Shown: one piece after another, positions 1 to 13,686 of the stretch
Layout: each line of letters begins with the position of its first letter
Numbering within the stretch: the stretch's first letter is position 1
From: Piromyces finnis finn
Lineage: Eukaryota > Fungi > Neocallimastigomycota
Length of the DNA: 64,000 bases
Assembly (NCBI GenBank): GCA_002104945.1
Contig: MCFH01000005.1
Span: forward strand, 930,001 to 994,000
Reading direction: 5' to 3'
Notes under the pieces: generated by a model
Databases searched by the model: none
What the model was told of the DNA's origin: nothing
Seen by the model: the letters and a program-made list of their open reading frames with translations, nothing else
Position numbers and translations under genes: made by a program

Positions 1-1000
1 TATTTTCGTTCCGATCAAATATGATAAAATGAAAATTTAATTATTAATATAGAGTATTATTTAAAATATTAGAATATTGTTTATATATTTTCTTATTTAT
101 GATACTTAAAAAATAATAAAATAAATAAAATATAATGATTTTTAATGAATTGAAAAAAAATAAAAAGAAATATATTTTAAACTATTATAAAATCTTTATC
201 TTGAAAATATATTTCTTCTAATTTTATTATATATATGAATATATTATATAAAAATATTTAATTTGTATGTTACTTCTGTGAACTTGCTTTTTTAAAACAA
301 TTTTTAAATATTAAAGTATTTATAATCTTTTTAACTATAAACACTTTTTTTTGTATATTATTTATTGAATATTTTTATATATTTATTTGTTTAGATTGTT
401 TTTATATCAGTATATATTTTCAATCTGCCTAAATATATTATAAATGAAATTATTGAATAAATTTAATATTCGTAATTATATGATAAATATTATTATTTGA
501 AATAAAAAAAATAAATAAATAAATAAATATTATAGAAATATTTATATATAAATGAAATTTAATTATTAATACTTTAAAAATATTTCAATTTATATATAAT
601 ATTGAAAGCATATAACTTATTATTGATATATTTAACAATGATGTTATTAAAACTTTTATAGAATCTTAAATATCTATAATAGTCAAATCAAATATAAATA
701 TAAAAATGTTATTGTAGTTTAAATATTATGCATTACTTTCAGTTTATATATTTAAACATTAAATTTTATTTTTCATTAAATGAAAATGTAATATTTTTCT
801 TAAAATAAATTTTTATTATTAATAAATAAAAAATATAAATAAAAAAAAAAAGTATATTTATTATATTATATTAAAAAATAAAAAAAAAAAAAAAAGCCTA
901 TATATTAACTTTTTTGAGTTTATAAATTAAAACCTAACTTTTAAAAAAAAAAATTATATATTCGGAATAATATTATTTGTTAATATATTACATATATATT

Positions 1001-1092
1001 ATTGATTCATTTCTATTGATTTATTTGTTTATTTAGTTATTTATTGATTCATTGATTTATTTATTTATTTATTCATTTATTTATTTATTCAT

Positions 1093-1127
<35 letters not shown>

Positions 1128-1296
1128 TTCATTCATTCATTCATTTATTTATTTATTTATTCATTTATTTATTTATTCATTTATTTATTTATTTATTCAT
1201 TTATTTATTTATTCATTTATTTATTTATTCATTTATTTATTTATTTATTTATTTGTTTATTTAGTTATTTATTTATTTATTTATTTATTTATTCAT

Positions 1297-1375
<79 letters not shown>

Positions 1376-1377
1376 TT
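1001..1377. repeat. (ATTT)n microsatellite with interspersed ATTC variants
   Basis: Directly visible tetranucleotide array; accounts for the spurious ORF 1052..1264. Confidence 0.95.
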
Positions 1378-1951
1378 AATTTATAAATTTTTCAAACTTT
1401 ATATAACTAAATCATGAAAAACTATAATAAACTACAGAACTACATTACTTCTAAAGTATAATGATTATTAATAAAAGATACTTAACCATATATACTACCA
1501 AGAAAAAAAATTAGAATTAGTCATATCTACAAATTAATTTCCTTTTTTTTTTTTTTGTATAAAATAATAAAAAAAATTGCAAAGTTAAATTTTTAAATTC
1601 TATGTTTTAAATTATTATTAAACTAAATAAAATATTTGATATTTAAGCTAAATTAATTATATATAAAAATTATTGGTTTTCAATTTTTAAATATTTTTTA
1701 TTAGCATAGCTAGTCTAGCTAAATCTAAATATTTTAAAATCAATTTCAAATCAAATTTGATTTGTAATAGATTTTTAAATAATAAAAATAGAAATTCTTT
1801 ATTTAATTTTATTTTTTCTATATAATTTATAGCATTTATATAATAAAATATTAAATAATTTATTTTTAATTTCACAAATAAATCCAAACCAATAAAAAAA
1901 TTATAACAATATACTATCTTTAGCTTTATACTATTACATATCAATTTCAAA

Positions 1952-2944
1952 ATGTTAAGTAATAATTCTTCAATATTAAATAAACGATTAAGTTACTCAG
2001 AAATGTTATTAAAAAATCTTAAAAGAAAAAAAGAAGATAAAGAAGAAAAAATTGAATCAAATTCTGGAAATGTTGATATCAATAATAATGGAATTTGTTC
2101 AGTAAAAGAAGTTTCTCTTTTATCAGATAAATCAAACACTTCTCAAGAAAATAATGCACTAATAAAAAAGAAAATAACACCAGTTCTTCAACAAGTAACA
2201 AAAAATAATATTGATGATTTAAGAAAAGTATATGTTTCAACATTTCCTCTCTCATACAACAGTGATTTTTATAATGACATCTTAAATGAATATCCAAAGG
2301 CATTATCTCGCGTTGGTAAGTTATTAAAAGATTAACTACAACATTTTAATACTTGAATCTAAAATTAATATACATGCTAAATATCTTTATTAACAATTAT
2401 ACTAACTATTTTTTTTTAATATAAAAAGCAACATATCACAATATAGTGGTCGGTGGTATATGTTGCAGATTAGAAAAGAAAACTTTAAAAGATATTAGGC
2501 AAGATATGCCAACAGTTAGTAGTGATTTATCATTTTCACAACAAATAAATAATTTAAAATTATTAAATACATATACTTGTTATATTATGGCAATTTCAGT
2601 ATTAGATTTATATCAGGATTCATCAATAGGTAATAATAATTATTAATATATATATATTGCAGTTTTAAATAAAATATCAGTAACTTACATTATTATTAAT
2701 ATTATTATTAAAATAATTTATGAGAATAGGTAGTAGATTAATGTCTTACATTATCAATTACTGTGAAAATGATAAAAGTATTAGTTCTATTAATTTACAT
2801 GTACATGTCAAAAATGAAAAGGCTATTCGATTCTACAAAAAATTTGGTTTTTATCAAAAAGAATATATAAGAAATTACTATTTCGATAATCCAAATATTA
2901 TTCCACCAGATGTTTACTACTTCCAAAAGGATTTAAATTATTAA
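1952..2944 (+). CDS. NAA50: GNAT N-terminal acetyltransferase, Naa50/San-like; join(1952..2315,2429..2629,2730..2944)
   Basis: GT-AG splicing joins three track ORFs in frame: VSTFPLSYNSDFY, SRVATYHNIVVGGICCRLE, YIMAISVL, LHVHVKNEKAIRFYKKFGF, IRNYY. These match Naa50 motifs (FPV.Y...FY, VGAVCCR, LHV..NE.A..FY.KFGF, NYY). Confidence 0.8.
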
Positions 2945-3339
2945 ACTATTTGAAAAATTATCTTTTATTGACAAATCAATGACTTTCTAAATAGATTATA
3001 CAAAATTAAAATACGAAAGATATAAACATAAATAAATATCTTATTCACTATCTTATAATGCATAAAAAAAATAAATAAAAATAAAAATAAAATAAAATAA
3101 ATTATAAAACTTTCTTTAAATAATTTTTTGTTTTTATTTTATTTATTATTATTATTATATTTTATATATATTTTTTTTATCAAAGAAATTAAAGAATTGT
3201 ATTTAAGGTATTATTCATTTAATAATTCTTTGTAAAGTTTTATCTTATTTTGGCGTTAATTTTTTATATTAAAACTTTTATTAGAGACAAATTTTTAATA
3301 GATTTCTTATATTAAAGTTTATTAATTAAGTTTTACTGC

Positions 3340-4388
3340 TTAGAAACCATAGTCTTCATCAGAATCAGAATCATCATATCTTCTTCTATTGTACTATTTA
3401 TTTAAATATATGGTATATATGTAATGGTAATGTTTCAAAAAAATATATATAATATAAAAAAAAACCATTATTAACAATAATCAAATATATTTGTAAATTA
3501 TAATATATTATATTTTCCTTTTAATTCATAACTCTTATTTTTTGATTAATAATATTCTTTTGAATTATAGAATAAAAAAAGTATACTTACAACAATCTTA
3601 GTTTCCTTTTTAGTTTCATTCATTTGTTCAAGTAAATCAATAAGTTGGGATTCATTAATCTTTGAAGCAAGTCTTCCGCTACGAGCCATACCTAAAATAT
3701 AATCTTCAACAGCACGAGCTTTTTCTGGTTTAACAATAGCAATTCTTGAAACTTTAAAAATTAAAATAATAAAATTATTATAAGTTTTTAATATACTCTA
3801 TTCTTCAATGATAGTGTTTTTCAAAAGATTGCTTACTTCTTTCACGAGCACTGTTATCTAAGACTTGGGCAAGCTTTAAAAATATTTATATTAAAATAAG
3901 ACAATTATTTATATGTAAATAAGGTACATAAATAAAAAGGAAAAGAAATTTGTAAAATTAAAAATATCTTGAACAAATTACCATATTTCTTCTCATATCT
4001 TCGATTTGGCTAGATATATTTACAATATTAAATAATATATATAAAAATTAATTGAAAATTCTTTAAAATCTTTTAAAATTATATAATACTAATTACTTTT
4101 TCTTTTCTTCATCATCACCACCAGAAGATCTTTCACCAGAGAAACCACCTCCCATACCACCAGAAGATGCCTTTTTAATACGGGATTTTTACATAAATAA
4201 TTACAGATTAAAAAATCAATCATACATTTTAAAATCAATTTAAATTTTATATTTTAATAATAGTTTTACGTTTTACTGTAAATAAATGTAAAATTATTAT
4301 AATATTATTTTTCTTGCTATTTGCTTCTTATTACCTTTAATTCAGCTAATCTTCTTTCACGAATGGCTCTAAGTTCACTATCATCCAT
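3340..4388 (-). CDS. PDCD5: Programmed cell death protein 5 / TFAR19 dsDNA-binding protein; exons 4388-4335, 4170-4097, 4009-3982, 3873-3837, 3751-3591, 3393-3340
   Basis: Not in the ORF track; reconstructed by hand with GT-AG introns: MDDSELRAIRERRLAELK...[45 protein letters not shown]...YNRRRYDDSDSDEDYGF*. This is the typical PDCD5 sequence. Confidence 0.92.
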
Positions 4389-5322
4389 ATTTAATTAATT
4401 TAGTTTTATTAATATAATAAAAAAAAATGTAATAATTAAAAAATAAAAGAAAAAAAAGAAAAAAATATTATAAAAAAATTTTATTAAATAATATTCATAT
4501 TTTAATTTAATATTAAATATATAAATTAATTTATTATTATCAAACTGATTTTTTTTATAATAAATCTTTAGTTTAATGTAAACAATTTTTTTCATATATA
4601 ATAATAATAATTTTTCATCATACCATTATTCAATAAACATCAAAATTTACTTTTATATAAAAAAAAAAAAAAGCCTTATACTTATTTTTTGAAATTAACT
4701 AAAGATATATAAGACATATCGTGCCTATAAACCATTATTATTTATTAAGAAATTTTTTATACTTTTGAGTTATAAAATGATATTTATATATTATTAAATA
4801 GTTTATAGTGGTATGACAATGCATTTACAATAATATATTACAATTATTTTTCATTATTGATTAATATTTTAATTAACAAATATACATAAAATATAAAATA
4901 ATATTAATATTATTTTATAATAATTTTAACAAAAGATGACTTTATTTCAATACCAAACTTTTCAATTAATTATATAAAGCTGTTAAATAAAATAAAAGTA
5001 CTAATTTTGTTTTGTTTTGTTTTTTTATTCCTATTCTATATTTTTCTATATTACTCATTTAGAATTAAATTAAATTTTGATTTTTAATTTGATTTTATTA
5101 TTTAAATTTCGTTGTTTTTAAAATACTAAATATATTATATATTATATTAATATATTATGGTCAATTTATTCCAAATCGATCCATTTATTGTTATAGGTCG
5201 CACAATTCCATTTTTAAATTAAAATTCTTACATCAACTGATTTTAATATACAATACATAAAAAATAAGAATATTACAGTTAAATATTTTGTTATTATAGC
5301 CTAACAAAAATAATTAAAAAAA

Positions 5323-7513
5323 ATGTCATCTGAACTAGTTACCTTAATAAGTTCTATGCAATATCCAGCAGAATTTGTTGAGCTTATTAAATACAAGTTT
5401 AACAATGAGGATCCAACTGAATTTTACAGAAATATAAATAATTGTCCACCAAAAGATGATGAAAAATATATTGATTTCATGTGTTATCATCTTTTAGGTT
5501 TAACTTCCAGATCTTTTGCTCGTGTTATTCAAGAACTTACACCTGAATTAAAAGATGTTGTCTGTGTCTTTTATTTAGTTTTACGTGGTTTAGATACTAT
5601 TGAAGATGATATGACCATTGAAGTTAACAAAAAAGCTGATTTATTAAAAAACTTCCATAAATTCAGTCACCAAAAAGGTAGTTTGTCAAGTTTTTTATTA
5701 AATTGAAATGTATTAAAAACAAACTCTTTTATACTTGTTAAAAAAATAAAAAAAAAAAGGAAAAAAAGGAAAAGGGAAAGAAAAAAAGAAAGAAAAAGAA
5801 AAGAAGAAAATAAAAGTTTTTAATATTATGATGAATAATAATTTGTAATTTATATTAATAGAAGTATTATTAAATTATTTATCAATAAAAAGTAAATATA
5901 AATATTTACTTCCCAATCAATAAATGTTATACTTTTTTTTATATAAAATAAGTAACATTTTATTAATCAACAAAAAAAAATAAGTTTTGTGGAGAAATTA
6001 ATAATATATATCAAAAATCTAGAAATTTCAAATTTTTATTGTTGATAAATTAATAATAATAATAATAATATATTTTCTAAATATAATTATTAGGTTGGAC
6101 TTTCACTGAAAGTGGTCCAAATGAAAAGGATAGAATTTTATTAGAACAATATGATGTTGTTATTGAAAAATTCCTTAAATTACATCCAAAGTAAGTAATA
6201 TAGATTTTATATGATTTGAAATTATTAAGAAATTAAAATTTTATTATTTTAATTTTAAATTATAAATAATATTATTTTACTCAATAATACAATATAAATA
6301 TATATATATATATATATATAATTTTCATATCAATAAAGATATCAAAAAATCATTGATAATATTTGTTTAAAAATGGGTGAAGGTATGAGTGAATTCTGCT
6401 TAAAGAAAAAACCTTCCACCATTAAGAATTATTACTTATACACTTATTATGTTGCTGGTTTAGTCGGTATTGGTTTATCTGAAATCTTCGCAGCTTCTGG
6501 ATTAGAAGATCCATCCATTGCTAAAAAGACTGATCTTTCTGATTCTATGGGTCGTTTCCTTCAAAAAACCAACATTATCAGAGATTTCTTAGAAGATTAT
6601 GAAGATGGTAGACAATTCTGGCCAGATGAAGCTTGGAAAAAATTCATCCCAGAAGGTACCGAAGGTGATATTGGTATTTTACTTAAAAAGGACTACAACA
6701 GTTTTGCTATGGCTACCTTAAACTATTTATGTATTGATGCTTTCCAACATGTTGTTGATGTTTTAGAATATCTTTCTTCCTTAAAGGATAGAACTGTCTT
6801 TAATTTCTGTGCTATTCCACAAGTAAGTAGCAATATTATAATTATTAAAAAATAATGGATTAAAGGAATATTTTCAAAAAAAAAAAAATAACATAACCAA
6901 AACTAAATAATATAACTATAATATAACAATAGCTTATGGCTATTTCTACCTTAGCTCTTGTTTTCAACAACCCTGAAATTTTCAAAACTAAGGGCGTCAA
7001 AACCAGAAAGGGCGAAGCTGTTAGAATTATAAGAAACAATCCAGATATTTCTTCTGCCACATTGACCTTCTTTAGATATATTACTATTATTCAAAGAAAA
7101 GGTAGAATCTTAGGTCATTTACCACTTGAAAAGGAAAACTTTAAACAATTAGATAAATCCATTAAAGATGTAATTTTCTATCTTATAATTATTATAATAT
7201 ATTATGTATATATTAATTAACAATTTAACTAATATTTATTTTATATTTTATTTTTTCTCTCTCTATATATATATATATTTCATATGAACTTTATCCTATT
7301 AATATTCATATATTATTATTATTATTATTATTAATTATTAATTATTAAAAACAGGTTCAAGCTTGGGTCAGAAAGAATGAAAAAGAATTAAATATGGAAA
7401 AAGCAAAAGCAAAGGCTAAAAAAGAAGATGCTTTTGCTCAATTACTTGTCACATTCATTATTGTTGGAATTATATTTTTAACTGCTTATCTCATTGATTT
7501 AATTCCTAAATAA
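5323..7513 (+). CDS. ERG9: Squalene synthase (farnesyl-diphosphate farnesyltransferase); join(5323..5677,6094..6190,6339..6822,6933..7169,7355..7513)
   Basis: [56 protein letters not shown]|LMAISTL and a C-terminal hydrophobic anchor; all introns GT-AG and in frame. Confidence 0.96.
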
Positions 7514-8295
7514 ATAATTTTATAATAACAAACAGTATCTAAAAAAAAAATAAAAAAAGAAAAAATAAATCTATCAATTTTTTAACTTATATAAGAAATA
7601 ATATATTAAATAATATAAATAATATAAAAGATATAAAGATAGAAATGAAATTTTTATTCTTTTTATATTAAAAAAGGACTTCTTATATAAGAATATATTT
7701 ATTTGTTTTTGTTTTTATTTATATATATATATATATATTTTAAAATCAATAAAATAATTAGATTTCTAATTTAATAAAAAAAAAAAAAAGAAAAAAGAAA
7801 AATAATAATATATATATAGCAAATTTTTAATAATAAATACAATCATATTATTTGATTATTATATTATATTAAAAATAATAAGAAGAAGAGAAGAAAATAA
7901 AAAAAAAAAAAACTAATGACATTGTTTTTTAATCTCCCTATAAAATTATTACTAATAATATAAACATATAATATTTGTGGAACACATTATTGTAAATTAA
8001 AAAATAAAAAAAAAAAAAATAATAATAATAATAATAATAATAAAACTGTAATTTATTCTCTTTCATTCAATATTATATATTATAATTAAAAAAAAAAAAA
8101 AAATAGTGTATTTTTTTTTTTTTTTTTTTTTTTGTGCAAAATAGTAATATAGATAATTGAAAATTGTTAAAATCTTATGTATACGGAAATTACAAAAATT
8201 ATAAAAAAATATAAAATATAAAATATATTGTTTGTTTATATATTTTTACTTTTATAAAAAAAAAAAGGTATATTTTACTTGAAATTAAAATAACC

Positions 8296-9500
8296 TTAAT
8301 ATAAACTATCATAAATATTACCATCACAAATTTTCCAAAAATTATTGCCATTTTTAGAAGGAATAAAACGTTGATATTTTTTTTCGATACCCGGAATAAT
8401 ACGTTTCGTTTTTAATTCAGATACGTTAGAATCCCATAATGGACGTTGTTCATAAACCTCATTAATACTTAGGGCATGCCAATTTCTTCTACATTGAGGT
8501 TCAATGACTGGTAATTTCACTGAACCAGAATTTATTATATCATCCATACATAGAGGAATCAATGTAGTTGATTGTGGACTAGCTTTAATAGGTGGTGGCG
8601 GTAATATACTATTTCTTGACCCGAAACTACTTCTATTTATTTCCGATGACTTTAAAGAATCATTAAATGAAAAACTTTTATAAGATGAGTTTTTTTCTAT
8701 CATATGACTATCAATATTTTCAGCAATCTTGATTTTCTCATTAGAATCATTATAACCATCATCCACATTTTTAATATCATTATCTTGATATTTAATTATT
8801 TCCAATTGTTCTTGCTCTTTCCTTTCTTCTTCATTTTCTTCCATTATTGGTTTATTGATTATAAAAGAATTTAATGAAATATTCTCTGTATTACTTATAT
8901 CGATGGTATCATCCAATTCTAAATTATTAATACTTTTAGTATCATCGTAAATATCAGATAATAATTTTTCATTTTCATCACAATCTGATTTTTCCTTTAA
9001 AGAATCGTTGTAAAAATCTTGATCCCTGAATATAGTATTGTAAAGTTTTTCATTATGATTTAAATTATCTTTATTTTTTATTGCTTGTCGATACATATTT
9101 TCTTGGCGTTTCTTTTTATTTTTACATCGGTTTCGCATAATTTCTAAAGTTCTCTATATAATGGAAATCATTAAAAGTATATTTAATAATATTCACATTT
9201 ATTTATATTTTATTCATAGAAAAGATTTTAAATTAATATATATTACAGAAAATAAATAATTACATCCTCCGTATCCGAATTATATGATAGATTACTGTAA
9301 AGGTATTTATTACGAAATGCTTCATACGCTTCTGTTGATTTAAACACTTTAATGATTGCATTACGATTACTTATATCTGGTGGACCTAAACTTCTTCCAT
9401 AAGTATTTATATCTGTTTTTATTTTATTATTTTTTTTCGATCTCTTTTTACGAAATTCTTTCATAACCTCAATATTAATATTAATATCTTCATTCGGCAT
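8296..9500 (-). CDS. Hypothetical protein of about 365 aa; exons 9500-9264 and 9153-8296; upstream exons not excluded
   Basis: Two track ORFs join in frame through a phase-0 GT-AG intron (GAT|GTAATT ... TATAG|AGA ACT TTA GAA ATT ATG). No family recognised. Confidence 0.6.
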
Positions 9501-10765
9501 TTTTACACTCTTTAAAATTTTTTTTATATTTTCTTAATTATTATTATTTTATTAATAATATTTTTAATTTCAATAAAGTATATACACAACATTTGTATAT
9601 TATTTCTTTATTAATGTATTTAGTCATTTTAGTAATAAGAAATCAACTTGAAAATATAATTGTAATAATTCATACCTTTACTGCTTATATCTTTTTTTTT
9701 TTTTTAATAATTATAATAATATTAATTTCCAGTAATGTAAATTAAAAAAATTTATTATTAATCTTAAAAATTATGGAAATCAAAATTTTTCTTTTATTCA
9801 ATTGTATCTAGCGGCGGTGTTAGTTATTTATATTATTTATAATATGTTTATAATATATATTAAAACAATTATTAACAAATCTGATATATTATATATATTT
9901 ATTAATATGTTAAATTATATAATTATTTTTATTTTTTAATACTACTACGTTATTACAATAGCAGTTAAATTATTTTTTTAACCTTTTAAATATTATTCAA
10001 TAAATTTAAAAATATTCCGAATAAACTTTTTTTTTTCTTAATGTACAGCTTTATTTTAACTAGATAAAGAAAAAAAGTCTAATTTATTATTTTATTTATC
10101 ATTTTATTAATTATGAATTTTTGAAATTTTTAATTCAAGTTTTTCAATAATTTTAAATCAAAGCAAATACCTTATTTTGTAATAAAACTATAAAACTATA
10201 ATTTACTATTTACATTTAATTTAAAATATAAATAAATGAATATAATGAATATAATAATAAAATAAGATTTAAACTTCATTTTACATAAATAATAAATATT
10301 TTTTCTATCCAAGTTTCTGTCTGAGATCAAATTTCTTCTGGCTAAAATTTTTGGCTAAATCCTCCAAAAATCTAGGATATATATTAATTCATCAACATTA
10401 TTTCATATTAAAATTTATATAAAATCTTTAATCGTTTAAAATGAATAATGAATAATATAAATAATTAAAATGTCAGATATTTTTAGAAAATCAATCTTAA
10501 TTAAATATTTTTATTTTATTTCTTATTAAATAAATACTTAGATTTTAGTATAAAAAAAAGTTATAATTTTTATATAGTGAATGATAATAAATGATATTCC
10601 AATTCAAAATATGTATTAAAATTTTTTTTTTTTTTTATGTTGTATTATTTTTATGCTATTTGTACTTTCTATATATAAATAACAACATAGCATACTAATA
10701 TATAAAATAATATTGGAATTATAATGAAAATATTATTTACTTATTCATTTATTTATTCATTCATA

Positions 10766-10867
<102 letters not shown>

Positions 10868-10950
10868 TTATTTATTTATTTATATTACTTCTAAAGATTT
10901 TTATACACACACCTATCCACTAATAAAAAAATAAATTTAAATTAAAAAAA

Positions 10951-11322
10951 GCCAAGAAAATAATGATGAATCATTTATCATTTATATCATTTTATTTTGA
11001 CATATATTATATTATAAAATTAATTAAATAACTTAATTCTTTTTATTCTTGGCACTTTATTAAAAAATAATGTGATCTAATAATTAAATTAAAAAAAAAG
11101 TATATATTTCATTTATATAAAATGTAGAATGAAGGGCAGCATAATCATCATTATTTACTCTATTTTAATAGTATCTTGTTATAAATCATCAATAGTTAAA
11201 CTAAGTACCAAAATTATATATTTTAATGAATTTATATGTATATTAATTAAGTAAAACAATTAATAGATGTATTATAAGTAATATTAATATTGTTTTATTA
11301 AATGAAAAGTTGAAATGCCAAG
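10951..11322. promoter_or_regulatory. Cluster of three GCCAAG (PacC/Rim101 consensus GCCARG) sites
   Basis: GCCAAG at 10951-10956, CTTGGC at 11048-11053 and GCCAAG at 11317-11322, in GC-poor DNA upstream of pacC. Confidence 0.5.
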
Positions 11323-13134
11323 GCTTTTTTTTTATAAGTATTTATTTTTAAATGAAAAAGTTAAATAAAATTACAGATACAATTAACATAAATAAAAAAA
11401 TAACAATTGACATATAAAGTATTTTTTAATTATTTCATGATATATTATATATACCAAGAATTTTTGTTTATAAAATCTAATTTCAAAATATACATATATT
11501 TTTCATGTTATCTATTTATAAAGTATAAGAAATATTATTTTAGTGAAATTTTAAAATTGGAATGAAAATAATTATAACTTTTTTTTTAAAATAAAAAAAC
11601 TTAAATTACAGAAATATAATTCTAACCTTTAGTAAATGTTTTCTTCATTGATTAGGTTAATTTAATTTATGATAATTTATCCTAAAAATATGAAAAATAT
11701 ATGTATTTTTCATATTATCCAATAGATTAATTATACCAGAAAAAAATTTTTTTTTATAAATACAGCATACCAAGAATTTTAATTCTTAGATTTTTTTTTT
11801 TGTTATGCCAATTTTTTACATATTAATTAAAATAAAAAAATATATAAAAAGATAAAATGAATGTTTGTTTTTTTAAAAAGAGATAATATATAACTTATTA
11901 ATAAAGATAAGAAATGTTAAAAAATAAAATTATTTCTTAACAATAGCGTTAATATTTTTTAACTATAATATTAATGAAGTTATTTCATTTTTTTTAATAG
12001 TTTCTTTGTTGGAAACGTCAAAATATTTATTACGTTTGTTTTCGCTTTTATTTAAAACTATATTTCTTTCTTTGTAATAGATATAATATATATTATTAAT
12101 TTATTAACAATATACTTTTTTTTATATGGTAAGAAGTCAAATTTTTTAATTTTTTCAAAAGTTATTAATATTTTTTTATTATATAAAGAGGTGGTGTAGA
12201 TTCTATTCCTTTTATTCTATGTTTTCTTTTTTTAAAGAATATTATATTTAAATATTATTCTTTATAACTTTAATTGTAAATAGTACAATAGTACAATTAA
12301 AATACTCTATTTTTGATCACTTTAAAAAACAACGCCATTTTAATTTACTAATATTTAGTATATTAACTCAATGCAAGAAAAAAATAAAATATTAATATAT
12401 TTTGACATTTTAGTGTTGATTCAATTATTAATATATATAATATATTACTATATTTTCATATTTATTATAAATATAATGTACGTAAAAATCAATTTATTGG
12501 TTAGAATATATTACATTATAATGTAATAATATTTTTATTACTTCCAAGAAATAGAAAAATTAGACAACAGTATTCTTCATATATAAATATTATATGTCAA
12601 AATAAATTAGATCATATAAATTTTATAGTTGTTATTCATATTTGGGAGTAGTAATAATATATTAAATTAAATTTTAATATATAATAAATATATATAAGGG
12701 TTTTATTTAATTTTGACATTTTTTGTTATTTTTTGATAATGAAATTATTGGAATGAGGTGTTTTTTTTAAATATAATTTTTCTATTAATTATATTCTTTT
12801 TTAAATTAGTTAATACTATAAATATTATAATTTTGTTATTATTGTTTAGTATAAATATTTTGTAGTAAAAAGGTTTTTCATAATATATGTTGTATTTTGA
12901 TATTAAAAACAAATAAACATTAAATTCTATGCCTACTTTATTAATAGATATAAAAAATAAAAAAAAAATTTAATTAAAAAAAAAGAATTTTTTTTTTTTT
13001 CGTTTGAAAAATAAAATTTTTTTTTTTCGGATTAATACTTTTTGATGAAGAATTATTATTAATTTTTGCTATATTTAATAAATTAATATATAAAGAAAAA
13101 ATTTTTCCTTATATCCCTATTTTGTTGCTTTTCA

Positions 13135-13168
<34 letters not shown>

Positions 13169-13686
13169 TATCGAAATAATTTAAAAGGCAATATAATATA
13201 AAAATAATTATAGTCAATGTAAATAAAAACAAATTTAATGTTATAATTTATCATAAAAAGCAAATACTTCTTTATTGCTTTTTTTTATTTATTTTTTTTT
13301 TAAACTTTTCAAACAATTTATATAATAATAAAAACAATAACAATAATAAATATTTATTTGCTATTTTGAAATTGAAACATACAGAAGAGTAAATATTATA
13401 TTTAATTGTTTTTTATATATTACATATAAAGAATGCTATAGAAATGCTGATAAATTTCATATATTAAATCTTACATAAACATTCTTTTTAAATATACAAT
13501 TAAACGCATAAATTATAAACAAAATAATTAAAAGGGTAAAATATTCACAAAATATATTAAAATATTATCATATATAAATGCTTATTCAATCTTTTGCTAT
13601 TTCAATCCATAAATACTTCATTGTTGTTAATTTAAAAATTATACTTAATAAAATTAATTTATTTAGATAGATAAATAGATATAAAA

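Noticed and set aside
1052-1264. 70-aa ORF
   Set aside because: Translation of an (ATTT)n microsatellite.
10306-10390. GC-richer island; a minus frame reads FLEDLAKNFSQKKFDLRQKLG*
   Set aside because: Too short, with no start or convincing splice context; may be a TE scrap but cannot be supported.
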